Shown here in pieces: positions 20,348 to 31,660 of a stretch of DNA of 59,625 nt. Every line of letters starts with the position of its first letter. Position 1 is the first letter of the stretch. Made by a program: the position numbers and the translations under genes. Source of the stretch: Promethearchaeota archaeon (lineage in GTDB: Archaea; Asgardarchaeota; Lokiarchaeia; Sigyniarchaeales; SOKP01); the NCBI GenBank assembly GCA_048938855.1, contig JBHLLT010000006.1, positions 106,086 to 165,710 of the forward strand, read 5' to 3'. The notes under the pieces are model-generated. The model worked only from the letters and a program-made list of their open reading frames with translations, ran no database searches and was not told the DNA's origin.

Positions 20348-21721
20348 TTAAAATTTGCCTAATCTTTTCATAAAATCCGCTGCTGCTTTTCCGCCCGGAA
20401 GTCCTGGCATTCCTGGCATCCCCTTTCCTTTTTTCTGCATTTGAAGAAATCGCTTCATAAATTTCTTCATTTGATTGTACTGATCGAGCATTTTATTAAT
20501 AATTGAGTATTGGGTACCACTTCCAATAGCTATTCGTCTTTTTCGAGCTTTTTTAATGATTTTTGGATTATCTTTTTCTTCCTGTGTCATTGAATTAAGA
20601 ACGACTTCCCATTTTGCTAAATTAGACTCAGCATCTTCTTTTAAAGCGTCTGGGATGTTACCACCACCCATCATTGATAAAATTTGCTTAAATTTTCCCA
20701 CTTTTTTAATACTTTTCAATTGCAAATATAAATCATCGAGAGTAAATTTCCCATGCATCATTCTTTTAACCATTTCTGGTTCAATATCAACTTCAGCTTC
20801 TTGTACCTTCTGCACTAAGGATTCAATATCGGGAATACCTAGTAATGTACCTACAAATTTAGATGATTGAAATTCTTCAAAATCATCAATTTTCTCACCA
20901 ACTCCTATAAATCTAATTCCCACACCAGAAGCAGCACACGCAGATAATGCACCACCACCTTTTGCTGTACCATCTAATTTCGTGACAATAATGGACCCCA
21001 GAGTAGTGGTTTGAGCAAATGCTTCAGCTTGATTAAATGCTTGTTGACCAAGAGTACCATCAATTACTAGAATTATCTCATTTGGTTTTAATTTCTGCTC
21101 AAGAACCGCCATTTCTTTCATCAATTCTTTTTCTTCTTTATGCCTTCCAGCTGTATCTACAATGATAATATCATTTCCATCATTCATTGCCTTTTTAGTT
21201 TCTTGAATTGCTATCTTAATTGCATTTTTTTCATTAGGATTTCCATAACATTTGACACCTACTTGTTCTGATAATTGTTCCAATTGTTCATAAGCGCCAG
21301 GACGCCAAGTATCAGTTGTTAAAGCTGCGATTTTATATCCTTTACTTTTATAATATTTTGCTAATTTTGCGATTGTTGTTGTTTTACCCGAACCTTGGAT
21401 CCCTACGAGTAATATTACATTTTTTTTTCCTGGTTTTATTCTTATTGGTGCTGGTTTACCTCCAAGTAATTTAATAAGTTCATCGTGAATTAATTTTATC
21501 ACAAAATCTTTTCTTCGTGCTTTCTGAAGTTTTGTATTCATTGCTTCTTTTCTGATATTTTCTGTCATCTCAAACACTAGTTCCACTTTTACATCAGATC
21601 CTAGCAGAGCTCTTTGTAATTCTTGGATCAGAGCATTAATCGCTTCTTTATCTACTGATGGAAGGCGTCTAATCTTTCTAAGTGCACTATCTAATGACCG
21701 TCCTAGCTTCTCTAAAACCAT
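20348..21721 (-). CDS. srp54: Signal recognition particle protein SRP54
   Basis: GIQGSGKTTT, DTAGRH, TKLDGTAKGGGALS and a Met-rich M domain. Confidence 0.97.
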   Translation of the reverse strand: MVLEKLGRSLDSALRKIRRLPSVDKEAINALIQELQRALLGSDVKVELVFEMTENIRKEAMNTKLQKARRKDFVIKLIHDELIKLLGGKPAPIRIKPGKKNVILLVGIQGSGKTTTIAKLAKYYKSKGYKIAALTTDTWRPGAYEQLEQLSEQVGVKCYGNPNEKNAIKIAIQETKKAMNDGNDIIIVDTAGRHKEEKELMKEMAVLEQKLKPNEIILVIDGTLGQQAFNQAEAFAQTTTLGSIIVTKLDGTAKGGGALSACAASGVGIRFIGVGEKIDDFEEFQSSKFVGTLLGIPDIESLVQKVQEAEVDIEPEMVKRMMHGKFTLDDLYLQLKSIKKVGKFKQILSMMGGGNIPDALKEDAESNLAKWEVVLNSMTQEEKDNPKIIKKARKRRIAIGSGTQYSIINKMLDQYNQMKKFMKRFLQMQKKGKGMPGMPGLPGGKAAADFMKRLGKF

Positions 21722-21873
21722 AATAAAACAGTATTAAATTTTTCTAAAATATTTGAAATAGTAGGTAAAAACTAATATTTTTTTTGGAAAAAATATAATA
21801 TATCATAAATTAAAAGAAATGTCAAAATTAAAAATATTTGGATTGAAAAATACAAACAAAGGTGTAAATGTAA

Positions 21874-22302
21874 TTGTCTATAAGAAGAACAGAGATACAA
21901 AAATTAAAAACTGGACAATATATCATGGTTGATGATGAACCATGTGTTATAAAAAGTACAGAACGATCTAAAAGTGGAAAACATGGCCATGCTAAAGTGA
22001 GAGTAGTGTGTGTTGGTATGTTTGACAATAACAAACGCTCACTCACAATACCGAGTGGTCACATGGTTGATATTCCCGATATTATCAAAGGGAACGCTCA
22101 AATAAACTTTATTGAAGATATCTCAATCAATATCATGGATTTAGAAACATACGAATCTATAGATGTTGATTGGCCTCAAGATGAGGACTTAAGAAAAAAA
22201 TTAAAGGAACTTCAAGGTAATCCGAGTCAAATCTCAGCAACACAAGTAGAATATTGGCAACTTGCTGGAAAAACTCTTATTAACAGAGTTTTCGGCAGTT
22301 AA
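21874..22302 (+). CDS. eif5a: Translation factor aIF5A
   Basis: Hypusine motif SKSGKHGHAK. Confidence 0.96.
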   Translation: MSIRRTEIQKLKTGQYIMVDDEPCVIKSTERSKSGKHGHAKVRVVCVGMFDNNKRSLTIPSGHMVDIPDIIKGNAQINFIEDISINIMDLETYESIDVDWPQDEDLRKKLKELQGNPSQISATQVEYWQLAGKTLINRVFGS

Positions 22303-22388
22303 TCTTCGTAGTTCAGTTCAATCATCAATTTTAATATCCATTATTTTTTTAGATTATTTCAAATGTATATTAAGTAAATCATTGGGTT

Positions 22389-23288
22389 ATGGAAAAAAAA
22401 CCAATAGCTTTAGCTTGTAGGTTGGATTCAGAAAGAGCAATTAAACTAACAAGAAGACTTTTTGAATTTTTAGTTCAAAAGGGGGAGATAGTTTATTTGG
22501 AAACAAGAATCGCTCCAAAAATTTTTCCACATAATAGTATGGATTTAGGTGAAATGAATTCTGATAATATTAAGTTCATAATAATTGTTGGAGGGGACGG
22601 TTCAATCTTACGCGTCGCAAGTACATTACCTCAACAAAATCCTCCTCCTATTTTAGGAGTTAATGTAGGTTCTATAGGATTTCTAGATGAATCAAGTGGG
22701 AGAACAATATTTAAAGATTTAACAAAGATTCTAAATGGGGAATTTGAACTTGAAACTTGTTCTAAAATTACTGCTTTTATTGCTAAAAATTCAGGAGAAA
22801 TTAAACTGAGTAATGCTTTGAATGAAGTCTTAATTGTATCTACAAAAAGTTCCAAGGTTTTACAAGTTTCAATTAGAATAGATGGAGTATTTCTAAATAG
22901 GAGTTATTTAGATGGAGTGATAATTTCAACACCAACTGGATCTACAGCGTACAACTTAAGTGCCGGCGGAGCAATTATAAATCCTAATATCGAAACAATG
23001 CAAATAACTCCTTTAAACAGTTTTGCAAGATCTGGTTTAAAGCCGTTAATCGTACCAATTGATTCCGAAATTGAAATTCAGTTATTAAGACCACGATTAG
23101 ATGCAAAAATCGTAATAGATGGACAACAAATTATTAGGAGAATTGCACCTAATACTAAGATAAGAATTCGTAAAGCTAATTCTCAAAATCAATTTATTCG
23201 GTTTTCTGGAAGCTATTATACTCGGTTGAAAAAGAAAATTATTGGTACACTAAAACGAGTGCCTCTTGATGATTCTCCTGAATTATAA
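22389..23288 (+). CDS. nadK: NAD(+) kinase
   Basis: GGDGS, GFL, NE and STPTGSTAYNLSAGG. Confidence 0.95.
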   Translation: MEKKPIALACRLDSERAIKLTRRLFEFLVQKGEIVYLETRIAPKIFPHNSMDLGEMNSDNIKFIIIVGGDGSILRVASTLPQQNPPPILGVNVGSIGFLDESSGRTIFKDLTKILNGEFELETCSKITAFIAKNSGEIKLSNALNEVLIVSTKSSKVLQVSIRIDGVFLNRSYLDGVIISTPTGSTAYNLSAGGAIINPNIETMQITPLNSFARSGLKPLIVPIDSEIEIQLLRPRLDAKIVIDGQQIIRRIAPNTKIRIRKANSQNQFIRFSGSYYTRLKKKIIGTLKRVPLDDSPEL

Positions 23289-23346
23289 TGTTTAAAGATA
23301 AAAATTATAGGAGCTTTCTAATAATTTCAATTCGAAGAAAAATCCC

Positions 23347-23883
23347 ATGAATGAAAAAGCAGCGATTTATATTTTTGATACTAATATCTTCTTATCTGGA
23401 ATAGATTTTAATCTGATCGAAGGGATAATTTATACTACGAATTCTATAATTGAAGAAGTAAATTTAAGGAAATTTAAAGAAAAAAATAGAAATATTTTAA
23501 ATAAAATCAATGCTGCAATTGAAACAAAAAAATTAAAAATAGAAGTTCCTAAAGAAAGATTTATTGATAGAGTAAAAAAGGTATCAAAACTTACAGGAGA
23601 TTATAATGCGTTATCAGATGCAGATAAGGAGCTTTTAGCTATAAGCTTGGAGTTATTTGAGAAACGAGGAGAAGATATGATACTTTATAGTAATGATTAT
23701 TCTATTGAAAATGTCTGTTCAGAGCTTCACATACCATTTTCATCTTTATTTAAAAAAGGTATTGAGTCTAAGATTATTTGGGAAATTTATTGCCCTTATT
23801 GCAAAAAACTCTATAGAGCTGAAGACTTGAATAAAACTTGTGAAATTTGCGGAAAAAAACTAAAAAGACGACCAAAGAAATAA
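23347..23883 (+). CDS. nob1: Nob1 endonuclease (PIN domain plus Zn ribbon)
   Basis: IFDT, LSDAD, SNDYSIEN and CPYC..CEICG. Confidence 0.9.
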   Translation: MNEKAAIYIFDTNIFLSGIDFNLIEGIIYTTNSIIEEVNLRKFKEKNRNILNKINAAIETKKLKIEVPKERFIDRVKKVSKLTGDYNALSDADKELLAISLELFEKRGEDMILYSNDYSIENVCSELHIPFSSLFKKGIESKIIWEIYCPYCKKLYRAEDLNKTCEICGKKLKRRPKK

Positions 23884-23952
23884 TATAATATAATAGTGGT
23901 AATTATATAATTTGTATCAAAAATATTTGTAGTCAATAGGGAATAAAAAAGA

Positions 23953-25002
23953 ATGGGCGTTAAAATTAATGAATTAGTAAATGAAGTTAAGAGAACTATC
24001 ACGTTTGAAAGTCTGTTTAAAAAAAGTATTGCGATCGACAGTTTCAACACTATTTATCAATTTTTAGCAATCATTAGACAAAGAGATGGAACACCCTTGA
24101 AAGATTATCAAGGAAATGTCACATCACATCTCTCTGGACTTTTTTATAGGTCTATCAACTTTCTAGAACATAATATCAAACCAATTTATGTTTTTGATGG
24201 TACTCCCTCTGAGTTAAAAATGGATACAATAATGGAAAGGAAGAAAATAAAAGTTGAAGCTAAAGAAAAAATGATTAAAGCCCAAGATGACGAGGATTTT
24301 CAACAAGCTAAAAAGTTTGCTCAATTTACATCTACATTAGATTCGGGAATGATTGAAGAGAGTAAAAAATTAATTGAATTTATGGGAATGCCAATAGTTC
24401 AAGCAAACTCTGAAGGAGAAGCTCAATCTGCCTTTTTAGTAGAACAAGGAGATGCATGGGCTTGTGCTTCTCAAGATTATGATACTTTATTATTTGGGGG
24501 AGAGAGATTAATAAGAAATTTCGCCGTAAGTCGAAGTAGAAAGGTTAGAGATACCACTGTTACATTAGATATAGAATATGTGTCACTACAGAAATTTTTA
24601 GATAATCTGGGAATAACAAGAGAACAATTAATTGAAATGGGAATATTGATTGGGACTGATTTTTTTCAAGGCATTAAAGGAATTGGCCAAAAAACAGCAT
24701 TAGATTTGATTCGAAAATATAATACTATAGAAAACATACTAAAAAATCGAGTTAAGATAGGGGGAAATGAGATCACATTAAACTTAGATCTAGCTACCCA
24801 AATTAAAGAAATTTTTTTAAACCCTGATGTTAAAAAAGATTATAAAATACCAAAACCAAAAAAAATCGATTTTGAAAACCTGGAAGAATTATTAATTGAA
24901 CAACATAATTTTTCACGCCAGAGGGTTGAGAATGCTTTAGAAAGGTTGAGAAAATTGGATTCTTCAAAAGTTCAAGTTTCATTAGATGATTTTTTTAAAT
25001 AA
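23953..25002 (+). CDS. fen: Flap endonuclease 1
   Basis: MGV start, YQFL..IR..DG, EGEAQ, SQDYD, GTDF and PIP box QVSLDDFF. Confidence 0.97.
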   Translation: MGVKINELVNEVKRTITFESLFKKSIAIDSFNTIYQFLAIIRQRDGTPLKDYQGNVTSHLSGLFYRSINFLEHNIKPIYVFDGTPSELKMDTIMERKKIKVEAKEKMIKAQDDEDFQQAKKFAQFTSTLDSGMIEESKKLIEFMGMPIVQANSEGEAQSAFLVEQGDAWACASQDYDTLLFGGERLIRNFAVSRSRKVRDTTVTLDIEYVSLQKFLDNLGITREQLIEMGILIGTDFFQGIKGIGQKTALDLIRKYNTIENILKNRVKIGGNEITLNLDLATQIKEIFLNPDVKKDYKIPKPKKIDFENLEELLIEQHNFSRQRVENALERLRKLDSSKVQVSLDDFFK

Positions 25003-25088
25003 ATGCTTTATCAAAAAAAGTAAAAATTTTTACGAAATCAATATTTCAATATATTTGAATTATAAAATTATGAAAAAATCGATATATC

Positions 25089-27320
25089 ATGTCATCAAAA
25101 GGGAATAATAGTGAGGAGAATGATGATGAAACACCAAGCGTAACCCTACGTGTTCAAAAGGCCAAGAAAAGGGATATAGGACGCAATATTATACGGATTG
25201 ACCCAAAAACAATGGAAAAACTAAATATTCAGACTGGAGATGTAATATCTGTTGTTGGTAAGAAGGAAAGCGCCGGAATAGCATGGCCCAGTTATCCTCA
25301 AGATAACGGATTAGGAATTGTGCGTGTTGATTCTAGACTGCAAAAAAATACAGGCTCTAGAATAGATGATACTATTGAAATTCGAAAGGTGAAAGCGGAG
25401 ACTGCGCAACACGTTGTATTAGCTCCCTCAAACTTTTCAATAAAAATTGATCCTCGACTTGAAAGTTTTGTAAAAAGAAAATTAAATAATTATCCTATTA
25501 CGATGGACGATTATATTTTTATTTCCATTGGAATTAGCAGAGAAATTACTTTTAAAGTTATAAGTATAAGGCCTAAAGGAATTTGTGTAATTAAACAAGA
25601 TACAATTCTCAATTTAAGCGATAGGATTATTGAAGAAGAAGAAAAAGGGCTTACATATATTACATATGAAGATGTAGGGGGATTAGATAAAGAAATCCAA
25701 AGAGTAAGAGAAATGGTGGAGCTTCCTCTACGACATCCCTCATTATTTAAACGTTTGGGAATTGATCCTCCAAAAGGAGTGCTTTTAAGAGGACCACCTG
25801 GTTGTGGAAAAACTTTATTAGCAAGGGCAGTGGCTAATGAAAGTGAGGCTCATTTTATCTCGATAAATGGTCCAGAAATTATGAGTAAATTTTATGGGGA
25901 ATCCGAAAAGAAATTAAGGAAAATATTTATTGAAGCTGAAGAAAAGAGTCCTGCTATAATTTTTATAGATGAAATAGATGCTATTGCCCCAAAAAGAGAG
26001 ACAGTTACAGGAGAAGTAGAACGTAGGGTTGTAGCTCAGTTATTAGCGTTAATGGATGGTTTACATGGTAGAGGAAAAGTAATAGTAATAGGAGCAACTA
26101 ATAGACCGAATAGTCTAGATTCCGCATTGAGACGCCCAGGAAGGTTCGATCGAGAAATAGAGATAAAAGTCCCAAATGAAAAAGGTAGAAGAGAAATATT
26201 TCAGATACATACGCGAAATATGCCACTTGATAAGAAAATATCTTTAAAAGAATTTTCCGTAATAACTCACGGATTCGTAGGAGCAGACATTTCAGCAGTT
26301 TGTCGAGAAGCAGCAATGTCAGCTTTGAGGAGATATCTACCTAAAATAGATCTAGAGTCTGAGATTATTGATCCAGAATTATTAGAACAAATTGAAGTTA
26401 CTCAAGAAGATTTTGAAGATGCTTTAAAAGAAGTTTTGCCTTCTGGAATACGAGAGGTGTTTGTCGAGGTTCCAAATGTCCCCTGGGATAAAGTAGGTGG
26501 TTTGGATGCTTTAAAACAACAATTAATCGAGGCAGTAGAATGGCCAATATCAAATCCATCAATATTTAGTCGTATGGGAATAACACCTCCAAAGGGAATT
26601 CTTCTTTATGGTCCACCTGGCTGTGGTAAGACTTTATTAGCGAGAGCTGTGGCAACCGAAAGTAAAGCCAATTTTATATCAATAAAAGGTCCAGAACTCC
26701 TATCTAAATGGGTAGGAGAATCAGAGAAAGCAATTAGGGAGATCTTCCGTAAAGCTAAAATGGCATCTCCTTGTATAATCTTTTTTGATGAATTTGATTC
26801 AATTGCTCCAAGTAGAGGAAGACATACATCAGATTCAGGTGTTACGGAAAAGGTTTTATCTCAATTTTTAACGGAACTAGATGGACTTGAAGTAATGAAA
26901 GATATTGTTGTAATTGCAGCTACTAATAGACCTGACATCTTAGATCCCGCACTAATTAGGCCTGGGAGAATTGATCGATTATTGTTAGTGCCCCAACCAG
27001 ATAAACAAGGAAGGTTTGAAATTTTAAAAATCTTCACTAAAGAAATGCCATTGGCAAGTAATATAACTTTAGAGAATCTAAATAATATGATAGATGGATT
27101 CTCTGGAGCTGATATTGAAACATGGTGCCGTGAAGCAGCTATGATTGCTTTAAGAGAAAATATGAGAGCCCGAAAAGTATCACTAGACCATTTTAAAGAA
27201 GCGAGAAAAATAGTTAATCCAACATTAACGGATGAAATATTAGAATGGTACGAAAAATTTGGCGCGAAATTGAAAAGTAGGAGAATTGAAGAATCTAAGG
27301 AAGATAGATTGTTTGTATAA
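25089..27320 (+). CDS. cdc48: CDC48/VCP-family AAA+ ATPase
   Basis: N-domain plus two AAA modules, each with GPPGCGKT, Walker B and SRH. Confidence 0.97.
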   Translation: MSSKGNNSEENDDETPSVTLRVQKAKKRDIGRNIIRIDPKTMEKLNIQTGDVISVVGKKESAGIAWPSYPQDNGLGIVRVDSRLQKNTGSRIDDTIEIRKVKAETAQHVVLAPSNFSIKIDPRLESFVKRKLNNYPITMDDYIFISIGISREITFKVISIRPKGICVIKQDTILNLSDRIIEEEEKGLTYITYEDVGGLDKEIQRVREMVELPLRHPSLFKRLGIDPPKGVLLRGPPGCGKTLLARAVANESEAHFISINGPEIMSKFYGESEKKLRKIFIEAEEKSPAIIFIDEIDAIAPKRETVTGEVERRVVAQLLALMDGLHGRGKVIVIGATNRPNSLDSALRRPGRFDREIEIKVPNEKGRREIFQIHTRNMPLDKKISLKEFSVITHGFVGADISAVCREAAMSALRRYLPKIDLESEIIDPELLEQIEVTQEDFEDALKEVLPSGIREVFVEVPNVPWDKVGGLDALKQQLIEAVEWPISNPSIFSRMGITPPKGILLYGPPGCGKTLLARAVATESKANFISIKGPELLSKWVGESEKAIREIFRKAKMASPCIIFFDEFDSIAPSRGRHTSDSGVTEKVLSQFLTELDGLEVMKDIVVIAATNRPDILDPALIRPGRIDRLLLVPQPDKQGRFEILKIFTKEMPLASNITLENLNNMIDGFSGADIETWCREAAMIALRENMRARKVSLDHFKEARKIVNPTLTDEILEWYEKFGAKLKSRRIEESKEDRLFV

Positions 27321-27383
27321 AATTCATAAACTTAATTACATATTACAGATAATATAAATTAAATCCATTTAAGGTGAATAATT

Positions 27384-27656
27384 ATAGAGAGTCATAGATG
27401 GAACCAGAAGCCAATATTGAATTCGGTCATTGATATACTGATCAAAAACAAAGGAGAAATTTTAGATAAAAGGCTTGAAGAACTTCTTAAAAAAGAATTC
27501 CCATTTGTAAATTCATTATTATTAGAGGAACTCTTTATGAAATTAGAGAGTATAGGAGTTATAAACGTTTTCCGTGTTTCTAAAAATAAAAAAATGATAG
27601 TTCTTAATAAGAATAATTCTACAATCAGAGAAGAATTAACCTCTGAACTACTTTAA
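27384..27656 (+). CDS. Small winged-helix-like hypothetical protein downstream of cdc48
   Basis: The ORF track starts at TTG 27417. An SD AAGGTGA at 27371-27377 precedes an in-frame ATA at 27384. LMKLESIGVI-like wHTH pattern. Confidence 0.55.
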   Translation: MESHRWNQKPILNSVIDILIKNKGEILDKRLEELLKKEFPFVNSLLLEELFMKLESIGVINVFRVSKNKKMIVLNKNNSTIREELTSELL

Positions 27657-29174
27657 TTCTTTATTTTGCCAATTTAAGCAAATTTGTGCTAATGATACTT
27701 CTTCACTTTTAGATTTGAAATTTCTTTCTCTAACATCAATAAAAATTGGGTAATTTATAGCATTCCCCATTAGTAACATTTCTCCTACTCCTAAACTAGA
27801 GATCATACTCGTATATTCCTTAGTAATTGCTTCGGAACTATCCATTAAATGTTTTAAATCATAAGGATTTTTTATGTTTAAGACTAGTTTAGAATTGCAT
27901 TGTGATAAAGCAGTAGTACTTAATTTCTTTGGTCTCTGACTAATTAAGCATAAACAAGCCATAAATTTCCTTCCTTCTCTAGCAATCATTTCAATTACAG
28001 ATTTTGAAATTGCATTAGCGTGGGCGGCTTCCGGACAAAATTGATGTGCTTCCTCTACAATAAGCAAAAATGGGGGTACATTATTCATTCTCCGAAGGTC
28101 AAACAATCGATTACATATGTAATCAACAATAATTTGTTTTTTTCGAATACTAATCTCTTTTTGAAAGTTAAAAATAGTTAATTGCTGTTTATTAACGATA
28201 TTGTTTAAGATTGGATTTTCTTGAGAGCCAAATAAAGTAAGTCGTTTTAATTCTGATAACCAACCAACCAAAGCTTGTTTTGTACTACGATTACCCTCTG
28301 TATCATTTTCGATCTGTTCAATTATATCATTTAAAGTATAATTGTTCTTTAGATTTTTATCCCTTTTCAATTTCTTTATATATTTCGTTAGTTCTCTTAT
28401 TTGAACATATGAAATTTGCTCTTGGTATTTCTTAAAGGAATAAACTGACAATTTAGGAATTCCAATTTGGAAATACGAAATATCATGTATATTTATTTTT
28501 TTCTTAAATTCAGGAATATCTTTTAAATAGGTATATTCCCCATGTACATCGAATAATATAATAGCTGGAGTCCCAAGATCCATATTTCGAGATAATAATT
28601 CTTCAATAAGAACGGAAGTAAGATAACTCTTACCACCCCCAGAAATTGAAAGAATAGCAAAATGTTTATTTAGCAATCTGTTCATGTTAATTTTCGCTTT
28701 GGAACTAGTAACTTTTACCTGACCAAGATCTAATCCATAATTAACGTCAAATCCAAGAAATTTAAAAAGGATATCCTCCTCCACCATATATACGCCCTTT
28801 CCAGGGCTTGCTGGATATGTCATTCGTTGAACTTTATCAATTTCTTTAGAATCTTTCTCTGTGAATTTAATTAGTCCCAAGCATTTCACAATAGCTATTG
28901 CAAATTCAAAATCTTCACTTGGAAAGAGTCCTTTTAAGATATTTGGATTATTATTGTTATTATATGCTTTGATTGTTAAAGCATCAGTAAAGTACTCGTT
29001 CAATAAAATAATTTCTTCAATAATACCAATTAAATAACCTTCATTAGATTTTGTATAGACAAATAATCCTTTTTGAATAAAAATATTATCTTGTCTTTTA
29101 TTTATTACAAAAGGGAACTTAGATACATTAGGTAATTGTAAATAATTAAAAACAGTTCCAACTTTAATAGCCAT
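27648..29174 (-). CDS. HerA/FtsK-family ATPase
   Basis: HAS-barrel-like N-terminus, KHFAILSISGGGKS, FDVHGEY, EEAHQF, EGRKF and SQRP. Confidence 0.9.
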   Translation of the reverse strand: MAIKVGTVFNYLQLPNVSKFPFVINKRQDNIFIQKGLFVYTKSNEGYLIGIIEEIILLNEYFTDALTIKAYNNNNNPNILKGLFPSEDFEFAIAIVKCLGLIKFTEKDSKEIDKVQRMTYPASPGKGVYMVEEDILFKFLGFDVNYGLDLGQVKVTSSKAKINMNRLLNKHFAILSISGGGKSYLTSVLIEELLSRNMDLGTPAIILFDVHGEYTYLKDIPEFKKKINIHDISYFQIGIPKLSVYSFKKYQEQISYVQIRELTKYIKKLKRDKNLKNNYTLNDIIEQIENDTEGNRSTKQALVGWLSELKRLTLFGSQENPILNNIVNKQQLTIFNFQKEISIRKKQIIVDYICNRLFDLRRMNNVPPFLLIVEEAHQFCPEAAHANAISKSVIEMIAREGRKFMACLCLISQRPKKLSTTALSQCNSKLVLNIKNPYDLKHLMDSSEAITKEYTSMISSLGVGEMLLMGNAINYPIFIDVRERNFKSKSEEVSLAQICLNWQNKELK

Positions 29175-29310
29175 AATTTCAAATTGGCGTTATAGGATCG
29201 ATTAAAATATTGATTTGAATTTATTAGAGAAAATAATTATATAAAAAAAATAGAAGAGCTTAAGATTTCTAATTTAATCAATAAAGATTAAAGAAAATCT
29301 TCAAGAATTA

Positions 29311-29928
29311 TTATTTCTGCTTTTCTTTCTCTAATCCACCCAGTAATTTTAATATAAGGTAATAACCATTACGCCAGAAGTAAATAAGTCCTAACGTTAT
29401 TCCAACCAACATAAACAGTCCTATCCCCATAAATAGCACTCGAGGGCCTGTACTTCCTAATAAAGTAAGAATAAATGAGGGGTCTCCAGTACCACTAGTA
29501 AAAATGTCCCACAAAATTGCAAAAATCGCACCCCCAATAATGCCAATTAAACTGATTAATAACCCCCATGCTGCAATTTTAACATTTATACGATTTTTAT
29601 ATCGTTCTTCAAGCTCCCTCTTTTTATATATAAAATGGATCAAGGACCTTGAAGTCTTTTTGAATAATCCAAAGAAGAAAACTAGCAAAAAAAACAAACC
29701 TGCTAAAAGCCCCCCAACGATAGCTATCTGCCATCCTAGATTGAGTGCTAAAAATTGTTCCAATTTACCAGTTGTTCCGATAAAAAAATCCGCAATAGTC
29801 CAAACAACTCCTCCTAGTGAAACTATGGTTGCAATAACTATTATAATAAAGAATACTAAAGCTATAATTTTCTGACTTTTTCTATACTCACTAGTTATAC
29901 TTGAAGATTCACTTTCCATTTCATTCAC
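29311..29928 (-). CDS. Four-TM membrane protein of unknown function
   Basis: Four hydrophobic segments arranged as two similar hairpins. Confidence 0.7.
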   Translation of the reverse strand: MNEMESESSSITSEYRKSQKIIALVFFIIIVIATIVSLGGVVWTIADFFIGTTGKLEQFLALNLGWQIAIVGGLLAGLFFLLVFFFGLFKKTSRSLIHFIYKKRELEERYKNRINVKIAAWGLLISLIGIIGGAIFAILWDIFTSGTGDPSFILTLLGSTGPRVLFMGIGLFMLVGITLGLIYFWRNGYYLILKLLGGLEKEKQK

Positions 29929-30021
29929 TTTGTTGTTTTTATTCTCTGTAAGTTGTTTTAATTATAGAAAAAATAACATTTAAACTATATAAAATTGTTT
30001 ATTACTAAATATTTTCTTCAT

Positions 30022-31557
30022 TTAAGCCGAATCTTTGTTTTGATTTAACATATCGAGTTTCTTATACATATTTCTTGAATTAATCATTTCATACATATCA
30101 TAAGAGAATCTATAATACTTTTCATATAAATTGTGCCGTTCGTTGTTAGGAAGCCATTTCTTATCAACTTTACATAAATTTTCTGCGGCTTTTGCAATAT
30201 CAGGAAAAATTCCTGCTCCTGACGCAGCTAAAATAGCAACTCCTAAAGAAGTTGCTTCTTCTACAATATTTCTGACACATGTTATTCCTAGAACATCAGC
30301 ATAAATTTGATTCCATAAATCAGAGCGTGCACCTCCACCCGTTAACATTAACTCTTTTGGTTCAATGCCTAATTCCTCGAAAACTTCTACATTTTTTCTT
30401 ATCTCATAGGCTACACCCTCAAGTACCGCTCTATAAAGATCCTTACGTTCATGTCCTAAAGCTAATCCGAATATAATCCCCTTTGCATGCGGATTCCAGT
30501 GTGGAGCTCCCGCCCCAATAAAGTGCGGTATCAATAGTAATCCATTGGCCCCAATAGTGGATTTTTTTGCTTCAGCTGTTATTATGTCATAAGGATCTTG
30601 ACCTTCTTGTGCCATACTACATTCTTCATGTCCTATTTGATCTCTAAACCACCTTAATACAGCCCCACTTGTAAAAATACTTGCTTCTTGTACCCATACA
30701 CCTGGAACAGCATGACAACTGCATAATACTCGTTTCATTGGGTCAAAATTTGGTTGAGATAAATATGCTAAAATAAAACTTCCAGTTCCAGTTGTGCATT
30801 TAATGTCACCTGGAGATACTACTCCAACTCCTAATGCAGCAGATTGCTGATCTCCAGCACCTGTTATAACTAAAGTTTTTTTATCAAATAATGTGTCTTC
30901 TGTTTCAATTTCTCCAATATCTACACCACTTTTCAAGGCATCTGGCATTTTATCTAAATCTATTTCCAATTCAGAAGCAATATCTTCAGAATATTTTAAA
31001 GTATTAATATCAAATAACATTGTTCGGGAAGCATTTGAAAAATCAGTGATAAAATTACCTGTTAATTTGTGAATAATAAAATCAGAAACAAGCAAAAACT
31101 TATGAGTTTTCTGATAAATCTCTGGTTTTTCATCTTTAAACCAAAGAATTTTTGTTGCTGAGAAATAAGGATCAATGGTTAATCCTGTTGTTTTGTATAT
31201 TTTATCTATACCAATTTTGTTTTTGATATATTCGACTTGATCTATAGTACGCCTATCTTGCCAAACTAATGCATTATGAAGTGGATTACCTTCTTTATCA
31301 ACTGGTACAATTGTCTCTCTTTGATTAGTCACTGATAGACTTACAATATCCGCTTTATCAATACCACTCTTTTTTATTGCGTTTTCTATAGTTATTTTAA
31401 TTGAATTCCACCAAATATTAGCATCTTGCTCTACAAATGATGGAGAAGGGTAAAAACTTTGCCATTCTTGATAGTCACTAGCGATTATCGTACCGGATAA
31501 ATCAAAAATAAAGGTTCTGCACCCAGTAGTTCCTAAATCTAGTGCTGCTACATACAT
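30022..31557 (-). CDS. FGGY kinase (xylulokinase/glycerol kinase-like)
   Basis: DLGTTG, TNQRET, WQDRR, YFSATK, GDQQ, TGT and GGGARS. Confidence 0.92.
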   Translation of the reverse strand: MYVAALDLGTTGCRTFIFDLSGTIIASDYQEWQSFYPSPSFVEQDANIWWNSIKITIENAIKKSGIDKADIVSLSVTNQRETIVPVDKEGNPLHNALVWQDRRTIDQVEYIKNKIGIDKIYKTTGLTIDPYFSATKILWFKDEKPEIYQKTHKFLLVSDFIIHKLTGNFITDFSNASRTMLFDINTLKYSEDIASELEIDLDKMPDALKSGVDIGEIETEDTLFDKKTLVITGAGDQQSAALGVGVVSPGDIKCTTGTGSFILAYLSQPNFDPMKRVLCSCHAVPGVWVQEASIFTSGAVLRWFRDQIGHEECSMAQEGQDPYDIITAEAKKSTIGANGLLLIPHFIGAGAPHWNPHAKGIIFGLALGHERKDLYRAVLEGVAYEIRKNVEVFEELGIEPKELMLTGGGARSDLWNQIYADVLGITCVRNIVEEATSLGVAILAASGAGIFPDIAKAAENLCKVDKKWLPNNERHNLYEKYYRFSYDMYEMINSRNMYKKLDMLNQNKDSA

Positions 31558-31660
31558 AATTGAGATATATTCTTTTATTTTTAATATTAATATTATGATA
31601 TATATCCAATAATCTAATAAAAATCATTATAAAGGATTTTAATAAAAATTTCAGATTTAA

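Noticed and set aside
27398-27432. ATG at 27398 as the start of the cdc48-downstream ORF
   Set aside because: It is out of frame with the 27417..27656 ORF.
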